Below the pieces are notes generated by a model. The model was not told the DNA's origin. It saw only the letters and a program-made list of their open reading frames with translations, and did no database searches. Shown in pieces: positions 32,520 to 40,564 of a stretch of 64,000 nt of DNA. Both the position numbers and the translations under genes were made by a program. Numbering within the stretch: the first letter of the stretch is position 1; each line of letters opens with the position of its first letter. The stretch is from Candidatus Latescibacterota bacterium (GTDB taxonomy: Bacteria; Latescibacterota; CBDEFO01): positions 806,786 through 870,785 of the forward strand of contig CBDEFO010000007.1 in the NCBI GenBank assembly GCA_965237525.1, read 5' to 3'.

Positions 32520-33402
32520 GTGGACGGTTTTTGGGTCGAGGCTATTCGTACGGAAGGTGGTGGCCTATGGCTTTGGGTTTGCATCGTTCGGCTCTGTATA
32601 GGCTCAGGGATAGAGGTGTCAGTTCTTCTGTCAAAGAGCCTGTGATAGATGAAGAGCTTGCTTTTCGTATTTGAGGGATACTGGACAGAGAAGAAGCGTT
32701 TGGTCACAGGCGGGTTTGGGCGCATCTTCGTTTCAAGGAAGGGGCACGTGTCAACATCAAGAAGGTTCATAGGATAATGAAGCTTAAGGGGTGGCAGTGT
32801 AAGCTGTGGAATCCCCGATAGAATCAATCGGGGACCCCGGGAGAAAGGGGCCACGGGTTGTCCAGAAGCGTTCTGTAGTAGATCGTCCTGACAGTCTCTG
32901 GTCGGCTGACTTGACCAGGATCTATTGTGGGCAAGACGGTTGGTGTCCTCTTATTACGGTGGTGGACAACGGGAGTCGGGAGGTTCCCGGGTATCGTTTT
33001 AGTCGAAGAGGGAGGGCACTGGAGGCCACAGATGCCTTGGATCGGGCCGTGATCTCTCGATACACCTCCAAAGAGGCTGTCCCCCAGGGTCTCACTTTGC
33101 GCTCTGACAACGGCTCCATCTTTTTGTCTCGGACCTATTTGGCCAGTACCGAATATTGGGGAATTCGTCAGGAGTACATACCAAGTGGTAAGCCCGATTG
33201 GAACGGTGTTGTAGAGCGTTTTTTCAGGACCCTCAAGCAAGAGTGTGTTTGGCTTCACAATTTTGAATCTTTTGAACAGGCTGAGAAGATCATATCTCAG
33301 TGGATCGATAATTACAACAACAACAGGCTTCATTCATCCCTGGGATATAAGACCCCGGAAGAGTGGAGAAAACAATTTTATCTACTACCCCAGGTTGCTT
33401 AA
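32495..33402 (+). pseudogene. IS3 OrfB DDE transposase, disrupted
   Basis: WSADLT, RSDNGS, NGVVERFFRTLK, RLHSSLGY; in-frame TGA at 32672 and a frameshifting 23-bp insertion at 32812-32834. Confidence 0.85.
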
Positions 33403-33450
33403 TCGATGTCGCTTTCCAAGGGGGCAGTACAATGCGTCAGGAGGAAACGG

Positions 33451-33945
33451 ATGAGAACTCACATCATTTTAGCGATCTTTGTAGCGCTTTTGGCTGCATG
33501 TGCAACCGCTTATCAGAAGCAAGGTTTGATGGGAGGGTTTTCTGAAACGCAACTTGGAGAAAACGTCTTTAAAGTTACGTTCAAGGGTAATAGCTTTACG
33601 AGCCGTGAACGAGCATCAGATTTTACTCTATTGCGTTCTGCGGAATTGGCATTAGAGAAGGGATATAAATACTTCATTATAGTTGACTCAGAGAAATACA
33701 CAAAGACGGAAGCGTATACAACTCCAACAACCTCACACACAACTGGTAGCGCATACGGAACTAGGAATCGCGCATACGGTAGTGCAACAACTACAACAAG
33801 TGGAGGCAAGACATACTACTACTCAAAGCCACGGAGCACCAACACAATTGTTTGTTTCAAAGAAAAGCCAAATGTGGATGGGTTGGTTTATGACACGGCA
33901 TTCGTTACTAAATCCATCAAGAAAAAGTATGACATCAAGAAATGA
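33451..33945 (+). CDS. Lipoprotein (cassette 4)
   Basis: Lipobox LAAC; GGFSETQL, LLRSAELAL..GYKYF; GGAGG RBS. Confidence 0.8.
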   Translation: MRTHIILAIFVALLAACATAYQKQGLMGGFSETQLGENVFKVTFKGNSFTSRERASDFTLLRSAELALEKGYKYFIIVDSEKYTKTEAYTTPTTSHTTGSAYGTRNRAYGSATTTTSGGKTYYYSKPRSTNTIVCFKEKPNVDGLVYDTAFVTKSIKKKYDIKK

Positions 33946-33946
33946 T

Positions 33947-34009
33947 GCAAAACAATCGCTGTGACTAGGACGCGCAAGAAACGCGCGCCTGTTGAGCGAG
34001 CCGTTCGGC
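33947..34009 (+). other. attC site
   Basis: GCAAAAC, central stem AGG-CGCG / CGCG-CCT, GTTCGGC; TGATGCAAAAC pairs (2 mismatches) with pre-IS cassette start GTTATGCGTCA. Confidence 0.75.
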
Positions 34010-34538
34010 AACATAGTCGAAGATTCAAAGTACTATTTGCATAAGAAACAAGAAAATGTCTATTTTAACTTAGTTATTGTAATTGGTGAATATATTTGGA
34101 TAGATCCATAGATATTAAAAAAAGCTGACAAGTCGTTACAATCACACTTCTCTAATCCATGTGTGGGATTTGAAAGCTTTTCAGGCGTTGGTTCTGTCCT
34201 GTCTATTTGCCCAGTTTATGGTTGCGGAAATAACCCCTGTTGCCGTCTGGTTGTTTTGGTAGGCACTACGCTGACAATGATTTATACTCACGTTCTAAAC
34301 CTAAACCGTGGTGGAAAGGGAGTGATAAGTCCTGCTTACAATTTGTAGGAAATGATGTTTAATTGGAGTTTTATAGAGTCTCTATATAATTCCTACAAAA
34401 CTTATGATAATTATGACTCAACACAATGATATTTTTAATATTACAGGTTTTTCCTTAATATTTCAGTTGGGTCTTATATAGCTCAAATAGCAGTATATAG
34501 GTTCTTAGCAGAGAAAACTGTATAAGCCCTGGTTCGGC
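34003..34538 (+). repeat. Full-length (about 530 bp) integrase-deleted integron module, copy A
   Basis: Starts GTTCGGCAACATA; TMIYTHVLNLNRGGKGVISPAYNL* at 34274-34348; attI-like GTATAAG-CCCTG-GTT at 34532. Confidence 0.88.
34037..34066 (+). promoter_or_regulatory. Candidate sigma70 promoter TTGCAT-18 bp-TATTTT in module
   Basis: Consensus-like and retained in copies near 37857 and 40226 (last with -10 TATTTC); not tested. Confidence 0.35.
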
Positions 34539-34555
34539 AAAAACAATCTTAAAAC

Positions 34556-34792
34556 GTGAAAACTACCCAATATTTCAAATACACAAGGAAAAGACCTGAC
34601 CGTGCCTATATTAAGGATGACTGGATAGAATTTGTGATAAATAACCCTATTAAAGAAGTGATACAATCAGATGGAAGAATTAAAACGTGGGCAAAGATTA
34701 AGGAAGCTAACAAATATCTACGTGTTATATTATTGGAAGATGGTGAAACCGTCCATAATGCCTTTTTTGACAATTCATTTCGGAAGGAATAA
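34556..34792 (+). CDS. Putative RelE/BrnT-like toxin (DUF4258-like), cassette 5
   Basis: Small basic protein with YLRVILLEDGETVHNAFFD, paired with DUF2283 gene. Confidence 0.65.
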   Translation: MKTTQYFKYTRKRPDRAYIKDDWIEFVINNPIKEVIQSDGRIKTWAKIKEANKYLRVILLEDGETVHNAFFDNSFRKE

Positions 34793-34795
34793 AAA

Positions 34796-35002
34796 ATGAA
34801 AGTAAAATATTTTTCAGAGACTGATACTGCTCATATGGAATTTACGGACAAAGAGATATTTGAAACAAAAGAAATAAGTGAAAATGTATATGTCGATTTA
34901 GATCAAGAAGGAAATTTGGTGAATATGACAATAGAGCATGCAAAGGAAAATGCAAGGTTATCGGAGTTTTCATATCAAGAAGTATTGAGTGAGACAGCAT
35001 AA
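34796..35002 (+). CDS. DUF2283 putative antitoxin
   Basis: MKVKYFSETDTAHMEF..VYVDLDQEGNLVNMTIEHA; inverse core GCCGAAC at 35010 matches GTTCGGC at 34532. Confidence 0.75.
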   Translation: MKVKYFSETDTAHMEFTDKEIFETKEISENVYVDLDQEGNLVNMTIEHAKENARLSEFSYQEVLSETA

Positions 35003-35155
35003 CTTAAAAGCCGAACCAGGCACTTCACCGTACCGCCGAGCACGCCTGTTGAATGGTTTGGAGTTATGGCATCAAAGTCTCATACCGCTCCCCTCAACAG
35101 CAATGATATTTTTAATATTACAGGAGTTATGTGCTATTGAAAAGGAGAATTTACC

Positions 35156-35359
35156 ATGAAGCTAAAAGTAGTAGTACATGAAGCAGAAGAAGGTGGTTAT
35201 TGGGCGGAAGTACCCTCTATTCCTGGCTGTGCAACTCAAGGAGATTCGTTTGACGAATTGTTAAACAATATTTATGAAGCCGTTGAAGGCTGTTTATCTG
35301 TAGATGTACAAGACATAGCGGTATCAGGAAAAGATAAGGTGATGGAGATTGCGGTCTAA
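35156..35359 (+). CDS. hicB: HicB-family antitoxin (cassette 6)
   Basis: [38 protein letters not shown]. Confidence 0.88.
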   Translation: MKLKVVVHEAEEGGYWAEVPSIPGCATQGDSFDELLNNIYEAVEGCLSVDVQDIAVSGKDKVMEIAV

Positions 35360-35562
35360 AAGTTGTCAGTGGCAAAAGGTTGTCTCGGCTGCTTGAGCAA
35401 AAGGGCGGGGAATTGAAACGCATTAATGGGAGTCACCACATTTTTGCTAAAAGTGGCGGTAATGTACGCATTTCCGTTCCAATATATGGCAACAAGCCGT
35501 TGAAGGGTGGTTTGCAAAGGTATCTAATGAAACTTGGTGGAATTGATAAAGCTGAACTGTAA
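35356..35562 (+). pseudogene. hicA: HicA-family toxin with lost start codon
   Basis: (CTA)[22 protein letters not shown]; expected ATGA overlap with hicB stop reads CTAA. Confidence 0.7.
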
Positions 35563-35625
35563 ATACACACATAACACATAATTGCACGAGACGCAAAACA
35601 GCGGGCTTTTTTGAATAAGTGATCT

Positions 35626-35760
35626 CATACCGCTCCCCTTTACAGAATGATATTTTTAATATTACAGGTTTCTTCTTAATATTTCAGTGGGGTCATATAT
35701 AGCTCAAATAGCTGTATATAAGTTCTTAGCATAGAAAACTGAATAAGCCTAATTTAGACA
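35626..35760 (+). repeat. IS3 left-end remnant fused to truncated attI-like module
   Basis: Same layout as 30254; ends GCCTAA-TTTAGACA (core G changed to T at 35753). Confidence 0.75.
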
Positions 35761-35785
35761 GACAAGTTACTTGATAGGCATTTAT

Positions 35786-36670
35786 ATGAAGGAAAAATTG
35801 ATTCAAGAAATATGCGAACTACTCGATTCTTCTGCACGCCCAAGTATAGTCCCGATTGTACAGAAAGCTAGCCGACTAGCAGCTATCACAGATCAAGAAG
35901 AGTATCGCTATCTCTTCGACCTCCACCTGCACGGCATTGACTTGAAAATAAGCGAACCTGCACATAAGAAATGGCCAGACCGTTCGCGCCAGCCAAAATG
36001 GGATCCAGCAACTGCTTTCTCTCAGGACCGATGGTTTACTGGTGATAAGACTCAGGCATCCCCTTTAGCGCAGCTAGAAAAAACAGCCAATGCTTTGAGA
36101 GAAGGAATTGACACTTGTCCTTCGCACGACATCGAAAGTGCCTTCCATCAGCTTAAGGGAATCGAAGATATACTAGATCGTATCACAAATCGAGTTAACA
36201 CATTCATACAGGAAATTCTTTCGAGTGAAGGCTCTCACCCTCTAAAAGGGCACATAAAGACGAAAGTATTCATAGGACATGGAAAATCGAGGATATGGTT
36301 TGCACTTAAAGAGTTTCTTGAAGAAGCTTTGGGTCTTGAAACGGACGAGTTCAACCGTGAGCCTCCAGCTGGCAAGACTACGATTGAGCGACTAAATGAG
36401 ATGTTACATTCAGCCAAGTTCGCATTCTTAGTTTTTGCCGCAGAGGATAAGCATTCGGACAAGACGCTCCACGCTAGAGAGAACGTAATTCACGAAGCAG
36501 GTTTGTTTCAAGCCAAATTAGGTTTTCACCGTGCTATTATTTTACTTGAAGACGGTTGCCACGAGTTCAGTAACATCCATGGACTCGCTGAGATTCGATT
36601 TCCAAAAGGTTCAATCTTAGCAAAGTCCGAAGAAATTCGGCGAGTTCTAGAAAGGGAAGGGATTGTTTAA
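35786..36670 (+). CDS. TIR-like nucleotide-binding domain protein (CAP12/Pycsar-type TIR), cassette 7
   Basis: KVFIGHG, FAFLVFAAED, ARENVIHEAGLFQAKLG. Confidence 0.82.
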   Translation: MKEKLIQEICELLDSSARPSIVPIVQKASRLAAITDQEEYRYLFDLHLHGIDLKISEPAHKKWPDRSRQPKWDPATAFSQDRWFTGDKTQASPLAQLEKTANALREGIDTCPSHDIESAFHQLKGIEDILDRITNRVNTFIQEILSSEGSHPLKGHIKTKVFIGHGKSRIWFALKEFLEEALGLETDEFNREPPAGKTTIERLNEMLHSAKFAFLVFAAEDKHSDKTLHARENVIHEAGLFQAKLGFHRAIILLEDGCHEFSNIHGLAEIRFPKGSILAKSEEIRRVLEREGIV

Positions 36671-36684
36671 GATTTATGAGTCTT

Positions 36685-36814
36685 GTCTAACACTCGCTCA
36701 GTTGACGCGAGGGCTCCGACTTTGTGGGTTGCTTTTGTGCTCTCTCGAAGCTATTTTAGATTAGCAGGTTAGGCGCCCTGTCCTCCTTGGGTAAGGTGCT
36801 TGGGATAGTTAGGG
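36685..36814 (+). other. attC site (about 130 bp, degenerate stem)
   Basis: TGTCTAAC pairs with TTAGACA at the cassette start; ends at GTTAGGG (36808), validated by the next inverse core ATCACCCTCAC. Confidence 0.65.
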
Positions 36815-36854
36815 TGATTGTATAAAGACCAATAAATCAGAAGCTAATAATATA

Positions 36855-37748
36855 ATGAGTGGCAAAAAGAAAGTCCCAACACCAGAAGACTTTTTCAAAG
36901 TGGTTTCTCTCTATGATGTCTATATCTACTCTGGTATGGAGACATATGATTTAGCACGTATTATTTATTTCGATGGCACGCTAGATTCTTTCTGTGTTGA
37001 GTGCGGACGCAACGCAACCTTCCGCAGAAGAGCAGGAGACTTGCCATCCGAATTCCAAAGAAATGCCGTTCTAGATGAACTACGTATGCTTGGAGGAATC
37101 CAGCCTGATCCCCCACCTGATTTCGATACTGGTTCATACGAAATTACCCTAGAATGTACTCGGGATACCCTTCACGAACAACTCTTCTATGTTTTGATTT
37201 CGGATACACGCTACATTGAGCATAATAAACCTATAAAACAATTTACTTTTCAAAAAATCGGACAGCACCCTTCTGCTGGAGATTTGAATATTCCAGGTAT
37301 TGTAAAATATAAGGGGTTGCTAGGAAAACAACGCTTTCGTGAATTTGCCAGCGCTATAGGATTAGCATCGCACGATTTTGGAATAGGTGCCTATGCTTAT
37401 TTAAGAAGACTATTTGAGTCACTTATAGAGGAAGCTCATGAAAGTGCGAAAAGGGCGGAAAAGTGGGATGAGGAAGCATATAAAAATTGTCGAATGACAG
37501 AAAAGATAGCAATTCTACAAGGATCATTGCCAACATTTCTTGTCAATAATCCAAATATGTATTCAATTCTTAGCAAAGGAATTCATGATCTTTCTGAGGA
37601 TGAGTGTTTAAAACATTTTCCAGCACTAAGAATCTGTGTCGAGCTAATTTTAAATGAGAAATTAGAAGAAAAAGAGAAACAAAACAAAATTAAACAAGCC
37701 AACTCAGCGCTTAGTGCCACTAGTGGAGAACTATCCGGTGACAAATAG
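36855..37748 (+). CDS. Hypothetical protein, possible Zn-ribbon + HEPN/DUF4145-like C-terminus (cassette 8)
   Basis: CVEC near N-terminus; AYAYLRRLFESLI and ILSKGIH. Confidence 0.55.
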   Translation: MSGKKKVPTPEDFFKVVSLYDVYIYSGMETYDLARIIYFDGTLDSFCVECGRNATFRRRAGDLPSEFQRNAVLDELRMLGGIQPDPPPDFDTGSYEITLECTRDTLHEQLFYVLISDTRYIEHNKPIKQFTFQKIGQHPSAGDLNIPGIVKYKGLLGKQRFREFASAIGLASHDFGIGAYAYLRRLFESLIEEAHESAKRAEKWDEEAYKNCRMTEKIAILQGSLPTFLVNNPNMYSILSKGIHDLSEDECLKHFPALRICVELILNEKLEEKEKQNKIKQANSALSATSGELSGDK

Positions 37749-37753
37749 CATCA

Positions 37754-37829
37754 CCCTCACAATGCCTTCGAGTAGGACCTCAAAAAATGCTGGTGCTTTT
37801 TTCTCGGCCTTTCAAGGCCGCCGTTCGGC
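37754..37829 (+). other. attC site
   Basis: CCCTCAC, CCTTCGA / TCAAGG boxes with an extrahelical base, A6/T6 stem, GTTCGGC. Confidence 0.8.
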
Positions 37830-38355
37830 AACATAATCGGGGATTCAAAGTACTACTTGCATAAGAAGCAGGAAAATGTCTATTTTAACTTAGTTACTGT
37901 AATTGGTGAATATATTTGGATAGATCCATAGATATTAAAAAAAGCTGACAAGTCGTTACAATCATACTTCTCTAATCCAAGTGTGGGATTTGAAAGCTTT
38001 TCAGGCGTTGGTTCTGTCCTGTCTTTTTCCCAGTTTATGGTTGCGGAAATAACCCCTGTTGCTGTCTGGTTATTTTGGTAGGCACTACCGACAATGATTT
38101 ATACTCACGTTCTAAACCTAAACCGTGGTGGAAAGGGAGTGATAAGTCCTGCTGACAATTTGTAGGAAATGATGTTGAATTGGGGTTTTATACAGTCTGT
38201 ATATAATTCCTACAAAACTTATGATAATTATGACTTAACAGAATGATATTCTTAATTTTACAGGTTTTTCTTAATATCTCCGTGGGGTCTTATATAGCTC
38301 AAATAGCTGTCTATAGGTTCTTAAGCATAGAAAACTGTATAAGCCCTAGTTAGAC
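37823..38355 (+). repeat. Full-length integrase-deleted integron module, copy B
   Basis: Colinear with 34003-34538; TMIYTHVLNLNRGGKGVISPADNL* at 38091-38165; GTATAAG-CCCTA-GTTAGAC at 38349. Confidence 0.88.
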
Positions 38356-38480
38356 CTAATAGCTTTATTTAACACTCACTAAAATTTCATTTTGTTTTCC
38401 TGTTTGATTTGGTATTCTATTAATAGATTTTTGTTCAACCTTCTTTTATTGAAAAGCATATATTTCAGGAGGCAAATCGA

Positions 38481-39338
38481 ATGGAAATATCAGCCAATAT
38501 TTTATGTGGGGACTGCCTCGAAAAATTAAAAGAGCTTAAGAATAATTCGATAGACTTTATCTTTACCTCTCCGCCTTATGCTAATCAGCGGAAAAATACT
38601 TATGGCGGTATACATCCAGACAAATATGTTGAGTGGTTTTTGCCAATATCAAAAGAATTGCTCAGAGTTATGAAACCAACAGGTTCATTCATTCTAAATA
38701 TAAAAGAACGCGTAGTAAATGGAGAGAGACATACATATGTATTGGAACTAATATTAGCTATGCGTACACAAGGATGGTTGTGGACAGAAGAATTTATTTG
38801 GCACAAAAAGAATTGTTATCCGGGCAAATGGCCAAATCGGTTTAGAGATTCTTGGGAAAGGCTTATTCAGTTTAATAAAAATAAAAAGTTCAAGATGTTT
38901 CAGGAAACTGTCATGGTTCCTATTGGAGAATGGTCTAAAACTAGATTAAAGAATTTAAGTAAAACAGATAAAATCCGGGATGAATCTAAGGTTGGAAGTG
39001 GTTTTGGAAAAAACATTTCTAATTGGTTAAAAAGAGATATGGCTTATCCGACAAATGTAATACATATGTCAACAGAGTGTAATAATAAAAATCATAGCGC
39101 TGCTTTCCCTGAATCACTTCCTGAATGGTTTATTAAGCTTTTTACCGAAGAGAAAGATGTTGTTTTAGATCCATTTATGGGGTCTGGGGCAACTATTAAA
39201 ATGGCTCAACGTCTTAGACGAAATTCAATAGGAATTGAAATTCAAAAATCCTATTGCGATATGGTTTCTGAAAGGATCAAACCTAAAGAATATTTCTTAT
39301 TGGAAGAAAGCGACATTTATGAAGCTTCTAAGACTTAA
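38481..39338 (+). CDS. Beta-class N4-cytosine DNA methyltransferase (cassette 9)
   Basis: TSPPY before DPFMGSG; HSAAFP. Confidence 0.9.
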   Translation: MEISANILCGDCLEKLKELKNNSIDFIFTSPPYANQRKNTYGGIHPDKYVEWFLPISKELLRVMKPTGSFILNIKERVVNGERHTYVLELILAMRTQGWLWTEEFIWHKKNCYPGKWPNRFRDSWERLIQFNKNKKFKMFQETVMVPIGEWSKTRLKNLSKTDKIRDESKVGSGFGKNISNWLKRDMAYPTNVIHMSTECNNKNHSAAFPESLPEWFIKLFTEEKDVVLDPFMGSGATIKMAQRLRRNSIGIEIQKSYCDMVSERIKPKEYFLLEESDIYEASKT

Positions 39339-40056
39339 GGATGTTACAGCTTATGTCGAAAATAATATTCACCTCTTTCATTCAAAGCGTTTACAAAATC
39401 TCGAAAAGCTAAAATTAACCCAAATTCTAAAAAGAAAAAATCCTTACGTTTTTAAAGCAAAAAACATTTTAACAGCACAAGATTTAGTTAAAACTCTCCT
39501 CAATGCTCATTTATCATCCCAAGAAGAAACAATGTTTGGTGATTTTCTCGAAGGTTTAGCAATATACATTAATCAAAAAGTTTACAGTGGAAACAAATCT
39601 TCTGCGGAGGGGATAGATTTAGAGTTCGACAAAGATGGTATTCGGTATATTATTGGAATCAAGTCTGGCCCCAATTGGGGTAACAGTAGCCAAATTAACA
39701 AGCTGAGAGATAATTTCAAAAAAGCTAAAAAAATCTTAAGAACAAGCAATTCAAATCTTCAAATCATTGCTGTAAATGGATGTTGTTATGGGTGTGATAA
39801 TAAACCAGATAAGGGCGATTACTTTAAATACTGTGGACAAGAATTTTGGACATTCATTTCTGGGAATAAAGATCTGTATATTGAAATAGTTGAACCTTTA
39901 GGGCATGGAGCTAAGGAAAAGAACGAAAAAGTTTTAGAAGAATACTCCAAAATTATTAATAAGTTTACTTTTGAGTTTGGAGAAAAATATTGTGTGGACG
40001 GAAAAATAGATTGGAATGCTTTAGTAAAGTTTAATTCTTCTTTGAAAAGAAGTTAA
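39319..40056 (+). CDS. Type II restriction endonuclease (EcoO109I/PmeII-like)
   Basis: KRKNPY, SSQEETMFGDFLE, GIDLEF..IKSGPNWGNSSQ, GQEFWTFISG; overlaps the methyltransferase. Confidence 0.8.
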   Translation: MKLLRLKDVTAYVENNIHLFHSKRLQNLEKLKLTQILKRKNPYVFKAKNILTAQDLVKTLLNAHLSSQEETMFGDFLEGLAIYINQKVYSGNKSSAEGIDLEFDKDGIRYIIGIKSGPNWGNSSQINKLRDNFKKAKKILRTSNSNLQIIAVNGCCYGCDNKPDKGDYFKYCGQEFWTFISGNKDLYIEIVEPLGHGAKEKNEKVLEEYSKIINKFTFEFGEKYCVDGKIDWNALVKFNSSLKRS

Positions 40057-40067
40057 CTCCTAATCTG

Positions 40068-40197
40068 GTCTAACTTTCAAATCCACCTGACACAAAACAG
40101 CAAGCTTACATTCTAAAGTTTTCTTGCCAAGACAATTTTGCGCTTAATCTACGGTTTACTTCTATTTGTTTTGTGCTGGTGATTCAGGTCCTTCGGC
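40068..40197 (+). other. attC site
   Basis: GGTCTAAC pairs with GTTAGACC; ATCCACC / GGTGAT boxes; CACAAAACA/TGTTTTGTG stem; core site reads CTTCGGC. Confidence 0.8.
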
Positions 40198-40325
40198 AAC
40201 ATAATCAGGGATTCAAAGTACTATTTGCATAAGAAGCAAGAAAATGTCTATTTCAAGTTAGTTATTGTAATTGGTGAATATATTGGGATTAGGTAAATAC
40301 ATATCAAAATAACTGACAAGTCGTT
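40191..40325 (+). repeat. Left portion of the integron module, copy C
   Basis: TTCGGCAACATA..GATTCAAAGTACTATTTGCATAAG..CTGACAAGTCGTT matches starts of copies A and B. Confidence 0.8.
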
Positions 40326-40477
40326 GAATGAATCGTTACAAGCGTTGCACCGAAAGACTGGATTCAAGCCTTATCGAGTGCTGTTGGAGAAATTGCTGGA
40401 TGCCGGAAGTTTTTGATTTATTGACAGTAGACAGGGAGGAGCGGGGACGCCCTGTATGCTGTCTACTTACTCAGGGC

Positions 40478-40553
40478 GGGGCAGTAGCTCAGTTGGGAGA
40501 GCGCGTCCCTCGCACGGACGAGGCCAGGAGTTCGAATCTCCTCTGCTCCACCA
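40478..40553 (+). tRNA. tRNA-Ala(CGC)
   Basis: 76-nt cloverleaf, G3:U70 pair, anticodon loop CT-CGC-AC, ACCA end. Confidence 0.95.
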
Positions 40554-40564
40554 TATAATACGAC

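Larger units (their letters stand above)
32144..33431 (+). mobile_element. IS3-family element (defective), inserted in attC core site
   Basis: Imperfect IRs CATACCGCTCCCCTTG / CAAGGGGGCAGTACA; ATGC duplicated at 32140-32143 and 33432-33435; orfA/orfB with A8 slippery run at 32495-32502. Confidence 0.88.
28669..40325 (+). mobile_element. Integron cassette array without intact integrase (nine cassettes, repeated attI-like modules)
   Basis: Core and inverse-core pairs around each cassette, four full-length-looking attC hairpins plus one looser one, IntI C-terminal remnants, all genes co-oriented. Confidence 0.9.

Noticed and set aside
34163..34348. 61-aa ORF as a functional integrase
   Set aside because: Only the last about 25 codons resemble IntI; the rest of the catalytic domain is absent.
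35010..35069. Complete attC ending at GTTATGG (35063) and an empty mini-cassette after it
   Set aside because: L boxes do not pair at the expected spacing; only the left half of the attC is supported.
36768..36774. GTTAGGC as the cassette 7/8 crossover
   Set aside because: The next inverse core ATCACCCTCAC pairs with GTTAGGGTGAT at 36808 instead.
29570..38355. Repeated AT-rich blocks as a CRISPR array
   Set aside because: Units are 130-530 bp, separated by whole genes, with no cas genes.
28023..40553. Prophage or ICE between tRNA-Ser and tRNA-Ala
   Set aside because: No phage, conjugation or intact integrase genes and no duplicated tRNA end.
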